From NCBI GenBank assembly GCA_947504205.1, contig CANNGL010000005.1, positions 54,751-118,750 of the forward strand: a DNA stretch of 64,000 nt, written 5' to 3'. The translations under genes and the position numbers were made by a program. The notes beneath the pieces were generated by a model, which ran no database searches, was not told the origin of the DNA, and saw nothing but the letters and a program-made list of their open reading frames with translations. This DNA is from an uncultured Litoreibacter sp. GTDB taxonomy: Bacteria > Pseudomonadota > Alphaproteobacteria > Rhodobacterales > Rhodobacteraceae. Positions 29,371 to 37,828 of this stretch are shown piece after piece. Position 1 is the first letter of the stretch. Each line of letters opens with the position of its first letter.

Positions 29371-30558
29371 ATGGGTCTCTTTTCCGTCTTGACCATGCAC
29401 GCGAAAAGCGTAGCAGGGCTTATGTCTGTTTTGTCCGCCATTCGTGTGAGCCATGTGACCATCGCCGCTTTTGCGACGGTTGGTTGGTTCTGGGGGTCTT
29501 TCGCGGCCCTTGCGCCTCAGCTTAAGGCGCAAATCGGTGCGGATGACGCAACTTTTGGGCTGCTGTTGCTGGGCACTTCGGTCGGCTTAATGACTACGCT
29601 GATCCTTGCGCCTATTTTTGACAAAGCATTCCGGTCTTGGGCGATGCCGCTTGCGGCTATTGGATTATCGGCCGCGTTTTTGGGGCCTGGTCTGGCCACT
29701 GGTCCGAAGGTGTTTCTGGTGGCGATGGTTGTGACCGGATTGGCCTCTGGTCTTTTGGACGTGGTGATGAATGCGCGCGTGTCAGAAATTGAAGCCCGAT
29801 TGAACCGACCGCTCATGAATGCAAATCACGGCGTTTTCTCGGTGTCTTATGCTTTTGGTGCGCTCGTTACCGGTTTTTCGCGAGAAGCAGGAATTCCCCC
29901 TCATTTCATCTTTGCAGGATTTGGAGTTTTAACGCTGCTCGCAAGCACGCGGATGTTCATGGACGTTGACGTAACCGATGACACTGAAGAGCAAGTGTCA
30001 AAGTTCCCTTGGTCCATTGTCTTGCTTTGCGGAGGTGTGGTTCTGATTGCTTTCATGACCGAAGCCGCTGTCGAAAGCTGGTCAGCGCTTCATGTTGAGC
30101 GGACTTTGGGCGGTCGTGCTGCAGAAGGAGCGCTGGGACCTGCCACCTTGGGCCTCACGATGGCGATCGGACGGTTTGGTGGACAAGCGGTAGCCGAAAG
30201 GTTTTCGGAGTTGAGCGTGACGGCTGTAGGGGCGGTTCTGGCTGGGGCAGGTGCTACGGTCGCTGCGCTCGCTCCGTCGCCTGTCATTGCGTATCTCGGT
30301 TTCGGAACGCTTGGTCTTGGCGTGTCGGTGATTGGGCCACTGGGTCTCGCGCTTGTGGGCCGTCTGGTTCCACCAAGAATGCGTACATTGGCGATTTCCC
30401 GCACCGCAGCTCTTGGGTTCTCTGGCTTCTTTATTGCACCGGCACTTATGGGGCTTACCAGCCAAGCTTTCGGGTTGCGCGTGGCTTTCGGTGGGGTTGC
30501 GGCTTTGACATGCGTTTTGTTTGTTCTGATCCCGATCCTGAGACGCCGGGGCGCATAA
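29371..30558 (+). CDS. MFS transporter
   Basis: 395-aa, roughly 12-TM hydrophobic ORF. The start is uncertain; an alternative ATG is at 29422. Confidence 0.72.
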   Translation: MGLFSVLTMHAKSVAGLMSVLSAIRVSHVTIAAFATVGWFWGSFAALAPQLKAQIGADDATFGLLLLGTSVGLMTTLILAPIFDKAFRSWAMPLAAIGLSAAFLGPGLATGPKVFLVAMVVTGLASGLLDVVMNARVSEIEARLNRPLMNANHGVFSVSYAFGALVTGFSREAGIPPHFIFAGFGVLTLLASTRMFMDVDVTDDTEEQVSKFPWSIVLLCGGVVLIAFMTEAAVESWSALHVERTLGGRAAEGALGPATLGLTMAIGRFGGQAVAERFSELSVTAVGAVLAGAGATVAALAPSPVIAYLGFGTLGLGVSVIGPLGLALVGRLVPPRMRTLAISRTAALGFSGFFIAPALMGLTSQAFGLRVAFGGVAALTCVLFVLIPILRRRGA

Positions 30559-30710
30559 CTGATTTGAGCGGAACTTGGCGCGTGTATGACCTTAGAGGTC
30601 GCGGCAGCTAAGATTGCCGTTGGACACTCGCTTGGCCTTGCGTTAACAATTGTGGTCTCAGAATACCGCGATCACGGCGCAAATCGTGAGAAAAAATTCT
30701 CGAGTTATCC

Positions 30711-31376
30711 ATGTCCAATGACCAAGAAACTCCGGATCGAAAGGCAGTCGTTCTCTCGCAGCGACAACGCTCCCGTCTGCGCAATCAAGACAAATTACTC
30801 AGCGCAGCCCGCAAGATGCTGCAGGATGGCGAAAAGCTATCGATAGCCGGGGCTGCGAAGTTGGCGGGGTTGTCTGTCGCAACTGCTTACCGCCATTACT
30901 CCGATCCCGAGAAGCTCAGGTTTGATGCGGCTTTGGAGCAGACGCTTGGCCCGGATGAAGCTGCTCATGTCAGTATGTTTCGCTCTGCGATTGACGGGAT
31001 CGAGGATCCGGTGCGCCGCTTACAGATTGCCCAATCTCAAATGTTGAAGATCGTTATGGGAGCTGAGGCGGACTACCGTCTGTTTGTGGCAACAGGCCAT
31101 GAACAAACTGCGCGATCCGGCTTCAAACGGAGCCGCATACCAGGGCGCGGACGGCGTATCATCCTGATAGAAATTGCGTTGGAGCCGGTCAGATCACAGC
31201 TTGGCCAGACGGAGTATTGTGACCTTGTTCACAGGCTCATGCTTCTAACCGCTGCGGAGCCGTTCTTTGTTCTCAGGGATATTCTGGATATGGACAGTGA
31301 TCAGATTGAGCTTACGAGCTTGGCGGCCTTGAGTGACCTATATTCCGGATTTATGGCTGCGCGCGCTCAATCGTGA
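30711..31376 (+). CDS. TetR-family transcriptional regulator
   Basis: 221 aa with an N-terminal HTH: LLSAARKMLQDGEKLSIAGAAKLAGLSVATAYRHYSD. Confidence 0.8.
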   Translation: MSNDQETPDRKAVVLSQRQRSRLRNQDKLLSAARKMLQDGEKLSIAGAAKLAGLSVATAYRHYSDPEKLRFDAALEQTLGPDEAAHVSMFRSAIDGIEDPVRRLQIAQSQMLKIVMGAEADYRLFVATGHEQTARSGFKRSRIPGRGRRIILIEIALEPVRSQLGQTEYCDLVHRLMLLTAAEPFFVLRDILDMDSDQIELTSLAALSDLYSGFMAARAQS

Positions 31377-31379
31377 CTG

Positions 31380-32546
31380 TCAGCTTTGCCAACGACCGCC
31401 AAAGTCTTCCGGAATTAGAAGATTATGCCGACCTAGATTTTTGACGTCTTTTTCGCCGCACAATGCCATCGTTGTGTCCAGTTCGGTGTGAATAACGCGC
31501 AACGCTTCTGACACCCCCTTTTCGCCCATGGCTCCGAGTCCGTAGACGAAAGCTCTCCCGATATAGGTTCCTGTTGCGCCTAGTGCCAATGCTTTGAGAA
31601 CGTCTTGGCCGGATCGGATACCACTGTCGAGATGTACTTCAATTTTGTCGCCCGCCGCATCCATGATCTGCGGCAGTACTGCGATTGAGCTCAGCGCGCC
31701 GTCTAACTGACGCCCCCCATGGTTGGAGACGATTATGGCGTCCGCACCGATTTCCAGTGCCTTGATCGCGTCATCAGCATCCAGAATACCCTTTAGGATG
31801 AACTTTCCATCCCATTTCTTCCGGTACTCTTTAACCGTTTCCCAGTTCAGACGCGGATCAAATTGCTGAGCGGTCCAAGAATGCAGTGAGGAGATGTCGT
31901 CGACGTCGCTTGCGTGCCCTACGATGTTGCGAAACGAGCGGCGGTGGGTCTGGAGCATTTGCAGCCCCCAGCGCCATTTGGTCATCAGGTCAAGAATGGT
32001 GTGCGGCGCAAGTTTGATCGGCACTGACAGCCCATTCTTAATATCCTTGTGCCGTTGCCCAAGAATTTGCAGGTCAAGCGTCAGGACGAGGGCATCGCAG
32101 GCCGCATCCTTTGCGCGCTGGATCAGGTTGTCGATGAATTTCGTGTCGCGCATGACGTAGAGTTGGAACCAAAAGGGTGCCTCAGTGTTTTCGGCAACAT
32201 CCTCGATCGAACAAACCGACATCGTCGATAGCGTAAAGGGCACCCCGAATTTCTCTGCAGCGCGGGCGGCCAATATCTCGCCATCGGCATGTTGCATCCC
32301 GGTAGACCCTACGGGCGCCAATGCAACCGGCATTGCCACGTCGCGTCCAATCATCTTCGATTTGGTGGAACGGCCTTCCATGTCCACGGCCACTTTTTGC
32401 CTTAACCGTAGCAAATCGAAGTCGGAGGAATTGTCCCGGAAAGTCTGCTCGGTCCAACTGCCGCTTTCACAATAGTCGTAGAACATCTTTGGAGTGCGGC
32501 GCTTGTAGATGCGCTTAAGGTCCTCGATTTCGGTGATTGCAGGCAT
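31380..32546 (-). CDS. FMN-dependent alpha-hydroxy acid dehydrogenase/oxidase (L-lactate dehydrogenase-like)
   Basis: 388 aa with PFWFQLYV, SNHGGRQLD and DSGIRSGQDVLKALALGA, the canonical FMN_dh motifs. Confidence 0.87.
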   Translation of the reverse strand: MPAITEIEDLKRIYKRRTPKMFYDYCESGSWTEQTFRDNSSDFDLLRLRQKVAVDMEGRSTKSKMIGRDVAMPVALAPVGSTGMQHADGEILAARAAEKFGVPFTLSTMSVCSIEDVAENTEAPFWFQLYVMRDTKFIDNLIQRAKDAACDALVLTLDLQILGQRHKDIKNGLSVPIKLAPHTILDLMTKWRWGLQMLQTHRRSFRNIVGHASDVDDISSLHSWTAQQFDPRLNWETVKEYRKKWDGKFILKGILDADDAIKALEIGADAIIVSNHGGRQLDGALSSIAVLPQIMDAAGDKIEVHLDSGIRSGQDVLKALALGATGTYIGRAFVYGLGAMGEKGVSEALRVIHTELDTTMALCGEKDVKNLGRHNLLIPEDFGGRWQS

Positions 32547-32681
32547 TTCGGCGACCTTTCAGGCAGTATTGGTAAATTTCTATTACCAATACGGGCAAAG
32601 CTAGGCAATGCGGCATTCATCCTTGATAAATGTTCGATATCGCACTAAATAGTACGAAATCGTATTAATGGAGATTCGAAC

Positions 32682-33821
32682 ATGACCCTATCACGCAGGA
32701 AAACACTTAGAATTCTTGGGGGCGGTCTCGTTTTGGCAGCAGGTGCGGTTGCGGCAGACTTGAGCACGGGGCCTGCGAAAGCTTTGGCGCCTTGGAGGCA
32801 AGCTGGATCGTATAAAGATCCCAGACTTGACGCACTGAGCTATGCGATTTTGTCTCCCAATCCGCACAACCGGCAATCCTGGCTCATCGACTTGTCGGCG
32901 GCCGACGAAGTGACTCTATATGTCGACCTCGAAAAGCTGTTGCCCCATACCGATCCATTTTCGCGACAAATCACCATTGGTCTCGGTTGCTTTTTGGAAA
33001 CGCTCCGAATGGCCGCGGCACAACGCGGCCTTATGACAGAATTTGACCTATTTCCCGATGGGGAAGACGCCAAAGAGCTGGATCAACGTCGCGTTGCAGT
33101 GGTCAAATTTGCGCCCGGAGCCCAGCCTGATCCACTTTTTGCGCATGTCATGAAGAGGCGCACGCAAAAAGATCCGTACGATCTGTCACGTGATGTGTCC
33201 GATGGAGTCTTAGCTGAATTGGAGGCAGCTTGCCTTAACGGCACGCGACCGGGAACTACCAATCAAGGCCAGCGGGTAGCCGAGTTGCGCCAATTGTCAC
33301 GCGATGCGCTTATCGTTGAGGTGGAAACACCGCATACTTTCAAGGAGAGCGTCGACCTGTTTCGGATCGGACGTAAAGAGGTCAATGAAAACCCAGACGG
33401 TATTGATTTCTCCGGCCCGCTTTTTCAGGGCCTGCATCGTGCTGGGCTTATGACACGCGAAGGCACACTTAATCCTCAGAGCACAATGTTTGAGCAAGGC
33501 TTGGCAGCAGTTCTTGAGAACGCCGACACCGCAATGGCCCATATTTGGTTAGTAACAGAGGTCAACGACCGATCTGCGCAAATCAACGCCGGGCGCGACT
33601 GGATGCGTGTAAACTTGGCGGCCACTGGACTGGGTGTGGCTATGCAACCTTTGTCACAGGCATTGCAGGAGTATCCGGAGATGGCGGTCCACTATTCAAA
33701 GGTCCATAAAATGCTGGCTCAGGACGGTGGAACCGTGCAAATGATGGCGCGACTAGGGTATTGTGATGCAGTACCGGAAAGCCCACGATGGCCAATTGAG
33801 AAAAAGCTGCTGAATGGATGA
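32682..33821 (+). CDS. Tat-signal protein with a nitroreductase-like (Acg-type) fold. Tentative.
   Basis: The N-terminal twin-arginine motif SRRKTLRILGGGLVLAAGAV is clear. The nitroreductase-fold assignment is from memory of similar Rhodobacterales proteins and is not motif-proven. Confidence 0.5.
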   Translation: MTLSRRKTLRILGGGLVLAAGAVAADLSTGPAKALAPWRQAGSYKDPRLDALSYAILSPNPHNRQSWLIDLSAADEVTLYVDLEKLLPHTDPFSRQITIGLGCFLETLRMAAAQRGLMTEFDLFPDGEDAKELDQRRVAVVKFAPGAQPDPLFAHVMKRRTQKDPYDLSRDVSDGVLAELEAACLNGTRPGTTNQGQRVAELRQLSRDALIVEVETPHTFKESVDLFRIGRKEVNENPDGIDFSGPLFQGLHRAGLMTREGTLNPQSTMFEQGLAAVLENADTAMAHIWLVTEVNDRSAQINAGRDWMRVNLAATGLGVAMQPLSQALQEYPEMAVHYSKVHKMLAQDGGTVQMMARLGYCDAVPESPRWPIEKKLLNG

Positions 33822-34263
33822 AGCAACCGCAAGTATCTATTTCCGCTTCTTCAATGAAATAGGAATTTTGGAACAGCTTGGTCGCGCCCGCCTTGAGGCG
33901 CGGCTTCCCAAAGGAATGATCGCGCCCCATTTTTCTGTCCTGAACCACTTGATAAGAGTTAAGGACGGGCAGACGCCTTTGGTTTTGGCGCGCGCTTTCC
34001 AAGTTCCAAAGACGTCCATGACGCACACTTTGGCAACGCTTCAGCAACGCGGCTACATCGACCTGCGACCAAATCCCAAAGATGCTCGTTCCAAACAGGT
34101 TTGGCTGACACCAGCAGGACGCGCGGTTCGGAATCAGGCCATTCTGGATATGACGCCCGATTTCGTTGAGCTGGCAAAAACATTTCCCCGGGAAAAAATC
34201 GAAGAGGTGCTGCCGCTGCTCGAAAATGTTCGCAGTTTTCTCGATAAGGCGCGCGATCCCTAG
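33814..34263 (+). CDS. MarR-family transcriptional regulator
   Basis: 149 aa with a winged-HTH region: FSVLNHLIRVKDGQTPLVLARAFQVPKTSMTHTLATLQQRGYIDLRPNPKDARSKQVWLT. It overlaps the upstream gene by 8 nt. Confidence 0.85.
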   Translation: MDEATASIYFRFFNEIGILEQLGRARLEARLPKGMIAPHFSVLNHLIRVKDGQTPLVLARAFQVPKTSMTHTLATLQQRGYIDLRPNPKDARSKQVWLTPAGRAVRNQAILDMTPDFVELAKTFPREKIEEVLPLLENVRSFLDKARDP

Positions 34264-34267
34264 GTGG

Positions 34268-35293
34268 TTAGAGGGACTTCTGGCGCTCGCGCCGTTTCTT
34301 GATCCGTCTCGTATTCATATCACGAAGATTTCCAAAACGTTCGCGACCGATAAGCGTTCGCGCTATGGACCAAATGCCAAAACGACTTTGGCGGAACCCA
34401 CCGTGTCCTATACCTGCTTGCACGTCTCGCAGCAGCTGAGCGCGTCGTTCGTAGAACGCGGACACATCTATGTTGCGTTCAGGGGCTTTCCTCAAATGAA
34501 CGAAAAACTCGTGGCCAATTGTTTCACTGACCTCGATCAGTTCCAGATCAATTACACCTAAGAAGTAGAGGTCACGCAATATCAACTCCAAGGAAGGCCC
34601 GAAGAACGTAGATACATGCGCATCTTGGTAGGGGCCTAAATCTTCTTTATTTTGCAAATAGTTGTCGAAACAAGCCGTCAGGTTTTCTGCCGGGAGAAAA
34701 TCCTCGGCTCCGGCATGTCTGATGCCCACAGATGTGACGCTTTCTCCATCTTTGATAATGTTGGCGAAGACCTGCGAATTTTCAAATACGGTTTCGGCGT
34801 TTGGCTGGTTTCGATCTTCCACAAACGCTTGCAGCCATTCGCTCAATCGGGTCGGGTAACGAAAGTGGTCAAAGCAGCATCGGCAATCGGGAACGACCAT
34901 GCTTAGGACGCCTCCGGGTCTCAGTATCTCCCCACAGCCAACGAGAAATTTGATGGGGTTTGGCAGGTGTTCAAAGTTGTGCGACGAGACAACAAACTGA
35001 ACCTCTTGGAAGTCTGTTTTCGATTTTGCCAATTGAGCAATTGAGCTTGCATCGCCGACCAGATCGACAGGTTCGATTTTGGCCGCGCCTTCATCTGAAA
35101 TATAGACATCTTTTGCTGCATTTTCGCGAAGGCGCTCAGTGTCGAATACGTCTAATATCATTACGGGGTGGCCATCGCGTTTTGGCACGATGGGGTTGAA
35201 ATAGGGGGCCACCTCTATCCCGGGTTGATCTAGTTCGAGATATTTTCTGAGTTCTTGGACCCGGTCTGTTTTAGCCATATTCACTGCCCCCAA
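34268..35293 (-). CDS. Class I SAM-dependent methyltransferase-like protein with a long C-terminal extension
   Basis: 341 aa. It has a methyltransferase post-I/II-like region VVSSHNFEHLPNPIKFLVGCGEILRPGGVLSMVVP. No clear GxGxG motif was seen. The tail is basic (RRIKKRRERQKSL). An alternative start is 35278. Confidence 0.6.
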   Translation of the reverse strand: MGAVNMAKTDRVQELRKYLELDQPGIEVAPYFNPIVPKRDGHPVMILDVFDTERLRENAAKDVYISDEGAAKIEPVDLVGDASSIAQLAKSKTDFQEVQFVVSSHNFEHLPNPIKFLVGCGEILRPGGVLSMVVPDCRCCFDHFRYPTRLSEWLQAFVEDRNQPNAETVFENSQVFANIIKDGESVTSVGIRHAGAEDFLPAENLTACFDNYLQNKEDLGPYQDAHVSTFFGPSLELILRDLYFLGVIDLELIEVSETIGHEFFVHLRKAPERNIDVSAFYERRAQLLRDVQAGIGHGGFRQSRFGIWSIARTLIGRERFGNLRDMNTRRIKKRRERQKSL

Positions 35294-35322
35294 TCAGAAG
35301 TGATCGCTTAGTCGTATCGTCA

Positions 35323-36132
35323 TCAGTCTGCGCGATGTGCCCCGTCTGCCAGCGTCTTGATAAAGGCGAGGACGTCTGATGGGCTTTCGCCCGCGCCAAT
35401 TTTTTCCACGATGGCGGAGCCGACAACAGTACCGTCAGCAACCGAGGCGATGCTCTCGGCTGCATCAGGTGTTTTCACTCCAAAACCTACGATGATTGGC
35501 AGGTCAGTTGAAGCCTTGATCCTGGCGACCTCAGGGGCGACGTCGTTTGCCTGCGCTGCCGCGGCGCCGGTAATGCCAGTGATTGAGACGTAGTAAACAA
35601 AGCCTGATGTGTTCTGAAGAACCTTGGGAAGGCGTTTGTTGTCGGTCGTGGGTGTGGCAAGGCGGATGAAATTCAGACCAGCATTTTGCGCCGGAATGCA
35701 GAGCTCACTATCCTCTTCTGGTGGCAGGTCCACAACAATCAGGCCATCAATGCCTGCGGCCTTTGCATCGTTCAAAAAGGCGTCGACCCCGTGCGAGTAG
35801 ATCGGATTATAGTATCCCATGAGCACGATCGGCGTTGAGTTGTCCTCCGCGCGGAAGTCGCGAACCATTTGCAATGTTTTTTCCAGAGTCATTCCAGCTT
35901 CGAGCGCCCTTTGACCGGCGAGCTGAATAGTGGGGCCATCGGCCATCGGATCGGTGAACGGAAGACCTAGTTCGATAATGTCGACACCAGCAGCGGGCAG
36001 GCCCCGCACAACTTCAAGTGCCGTGTCATAATTTGGATCGCCTGCCATGACGTATGTCACGAAGGCTTTTTTGCCCTCAGTTTTCAGCCGCGCGAATGTG
36101 TCATCGATCCGTGTCATAACCTTCGTCCTCAA
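35323..36132 (-). CDS. trpA: Tryptophan synthase alpha chain
   Basis: [39 protein letters not shown] and [11 protein letters not shown] are diagnostic TrpA motifs. Confidence 0.93.
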   Translation of the reverse strand: MRTKVMTRIDDTFARLKTEGKKAFVTYVMAGDPNYDTALEVVRGLPAAGVDIIELGLPFTDPMADGPTIQLAGQRALEAGMTLEKTLQMVRDFRAEDNSTPIVLMGYYNPIYSHGVDAFLNDAKAAGIDGLIVVDLPPEEDSELCIPAQNAGLNFIRLATPTTDNKRLPKVLQNTSGFVYYVSITGITGAAAAQANDVAPEVARIKASTDLPIIVGFGVKTPDAAESIASVADGTVVGSAIVEKIGAGESPSDVLAFIKTLADGAHRAD

Positions 36133-36246
36133 GTCTTTGTGCGGTGGTTTTCACCGAAAGGTTGGCGACATGCAATGGTCAGCTTGACGCCGTACCCTGT
36201 GGCCCCCTACATGCGGCCTGATTTATTCTGCAAAAAGGGGACCGCC

Positions 36247-37344
36247 ATGGGCTTCAAGATGGGAATTGTGGGACTGCCAAATGTTGGTAAATCCACCTTG
36301 TTCAATGCACTGACCAAAACAGCTGCAGCCCAAGCCGCGAATTTTCCCTTCTGTACGATCGAGCCGAATGTTGGCGAAGTTGCCGTGCCTGATGACCGTT
36401 TGGATAAGTTGGCTGAAATTGCTGGTTCGGCCAACAAGATACCGACACGCATGACATTTGTGGATATCGCTGGATTGGTGAAAGGTGCGTCGAAAGGCGA
36501 AGGTTTGGGCAACCAGTTTCTCGCGAATATTCGCGAAACGGACGCCATCGCTCATGTTCTGCGCTGTTTTGAGGATGGCGACGTAACCCATGTCGAAGGA
36601 CGGGTCGATCCTGTTGCCGATGCGGAAGTCATCGAAACGGAACTGATGCTGGCTGACCTCGAGAGTATCGAAAAAAGACTGCAAAATATTGTCCGCAAGG
36701 TGCGTGGTGGCGACAAAGAAGCTGTCGCGCAGGAGCGGCTTCTGAAAGAAGCTCAAGCCGCTTTGGAGGATGGGCGCCCTGCGCGGACCGTTCAGGTTGA
36801 TGCGGACGACCAAAAAGCTTGGAACATGCTCCAGCTTTTGACGACCAAGCCTATTTTGTACGTCTGCAACGTGGATGAAGGGTCTGCGGCTTCGGGCAAC
36901 TCGTTTTCCGACAAGGTTGGTCAAATGGCGGCGGAGCAGGGCGCAGCCCATGTCGTAATCTCAGCAGCGATTGAGGAAGAGATCAGTCAACTTGAAGCAG
37001 ATGAGGCTGATATGTTCCTTGAGGAGATGGGCTTGTCGGAGGCTGGTTTAGATCGGTTAATTCGTGCAGGTTATGAATTGTTACATCTGGAGACCTATTT
37101 CACGGCTGGTCCTAAGGAGGCGCGCGCTTGGACGATTAAGCAAGGCACTTCAGCTCCGAAAGCTGCTGGTGCCATCCATGGGGATTTCGAGAAAGGCTTT
37201 ATCCGCGCTGAAACCATCGCCTACGATGATTATGTGGCCCTGAACGGTGAGCAAGGGGCAAAAGAAGCCGGAAAAATGCGTGCGGAAGGTAAGGCTTACA
37301 TCGTCAAAGATGGCGATGTTTTGCATTTTCTGCACAGCGCCTAG
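36247..37344 (+). CDS. ychF: Redox-regulated ATPase YchF
   Basis: MGFKMGIVGLPNVGKSTLFNALT (G1 motif), FVDIAGLVKGAS and a C-terminal TGS-like region. ATG 36247 gives the canonical 365 aa. The upstream part of the track ORF is discarded. Confidence 0.95.
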   Translation: MGFKMGIVGLPNVGKSTLFNALTKTAAAQAANFPFCTIEPNVGEVAVPDDRLDKLAEIAGSANKIPTRMTFVDIAGLVKGASKGEGLGNQFLANIRETDAIAHVLRCFEDGDVTHVEGRVDPVADAEVIETELMLADLESIEKRLQNIVRKVRGGDKEAVAQERLLKEAQAALEDGRPARTVQVDADDQKAWNMLQLLTTKPILYVCNVDEGSAASGNSFSDKVGQMAAEQGAAHVVISAAIEEEISQLEADEADMFLEEMGLSEAGLDRLIRAGYELLHLETYFTAGPKEARAWTIKQGTSAPKAAGAIHGDFEKGFIRAETIAYDDYVALNGEQGAKEAGKMRAEGKAYIVKDGDVLHFLHSA

Positions 37345-37425
37345 CGGAGAACGGGGAATAAGCAGGGTCGTTTCCCGTATGGATGAGCAAACTCCGCCCT
37401 TATTTCAGGGACAGGAGACAAGCTC

Positions 37426-37764
37426 ATGAAAACCGCCACAAACACGCTTACCATCAACGGTGCCCGGCCTGGCCCTCGTCTGGCAGTTGAAGGACCCGAA
37501 CCACTGACAAGCTCGGTTATTTCGGCGTTGTCGCGTTTGCCGTCTCTGGTTTATCTGCGTGGGACCCTTGATATTTCTTCGTCAAACGTGTCGGGCGAGG
37601 CTGACTATCAACTTAGCCTCAAGAGAACACAAACGACACTGGCGTCGGTTCAAACTGTCTTGGCGCATGCGACCGTTTTGGGCATGATCCAGGGTCGCGG
37701 CGTCTCCCGGACCGCTATCGAGGCTGCAATGCAAGATCAGGTGCCAAGCCAAAGAGCAGCCTGA
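37426..37764 (+). CDS. Hypothetical protein
   Basis: 112-aa ORF with AGGAGA 7 nt upstream of the ATG. No recognisable motif. Confidence 0.4.
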   Translation: MKTATNTLTINGARPGPRLAVEGPEPLTSSVISALSRLPSLVYLRGTLDISSSNVSGEADYQLSLKRTQTTLASVQTVLAHATVLGMIQGRGVSRTAIEAAMQDQVPSQRAA

Positions 37765-37828
37765 GGCTTCTTGACAGACACCCTCGGACGCGGCCCTAAT
37801 AACGATCCATAGCAGCGGGATCGATAGT

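Noticed and set aside
36223-36951. 242-aa minus-strand ORF, and the 36139-36246 extension of ychF
   Set aside because: The minus-strand ORF is antisense to ychF. The canonical YchF N-terminus (MGFKMGIVGLPNVGKS) begins at 36247 and gives the expected 365 aa.
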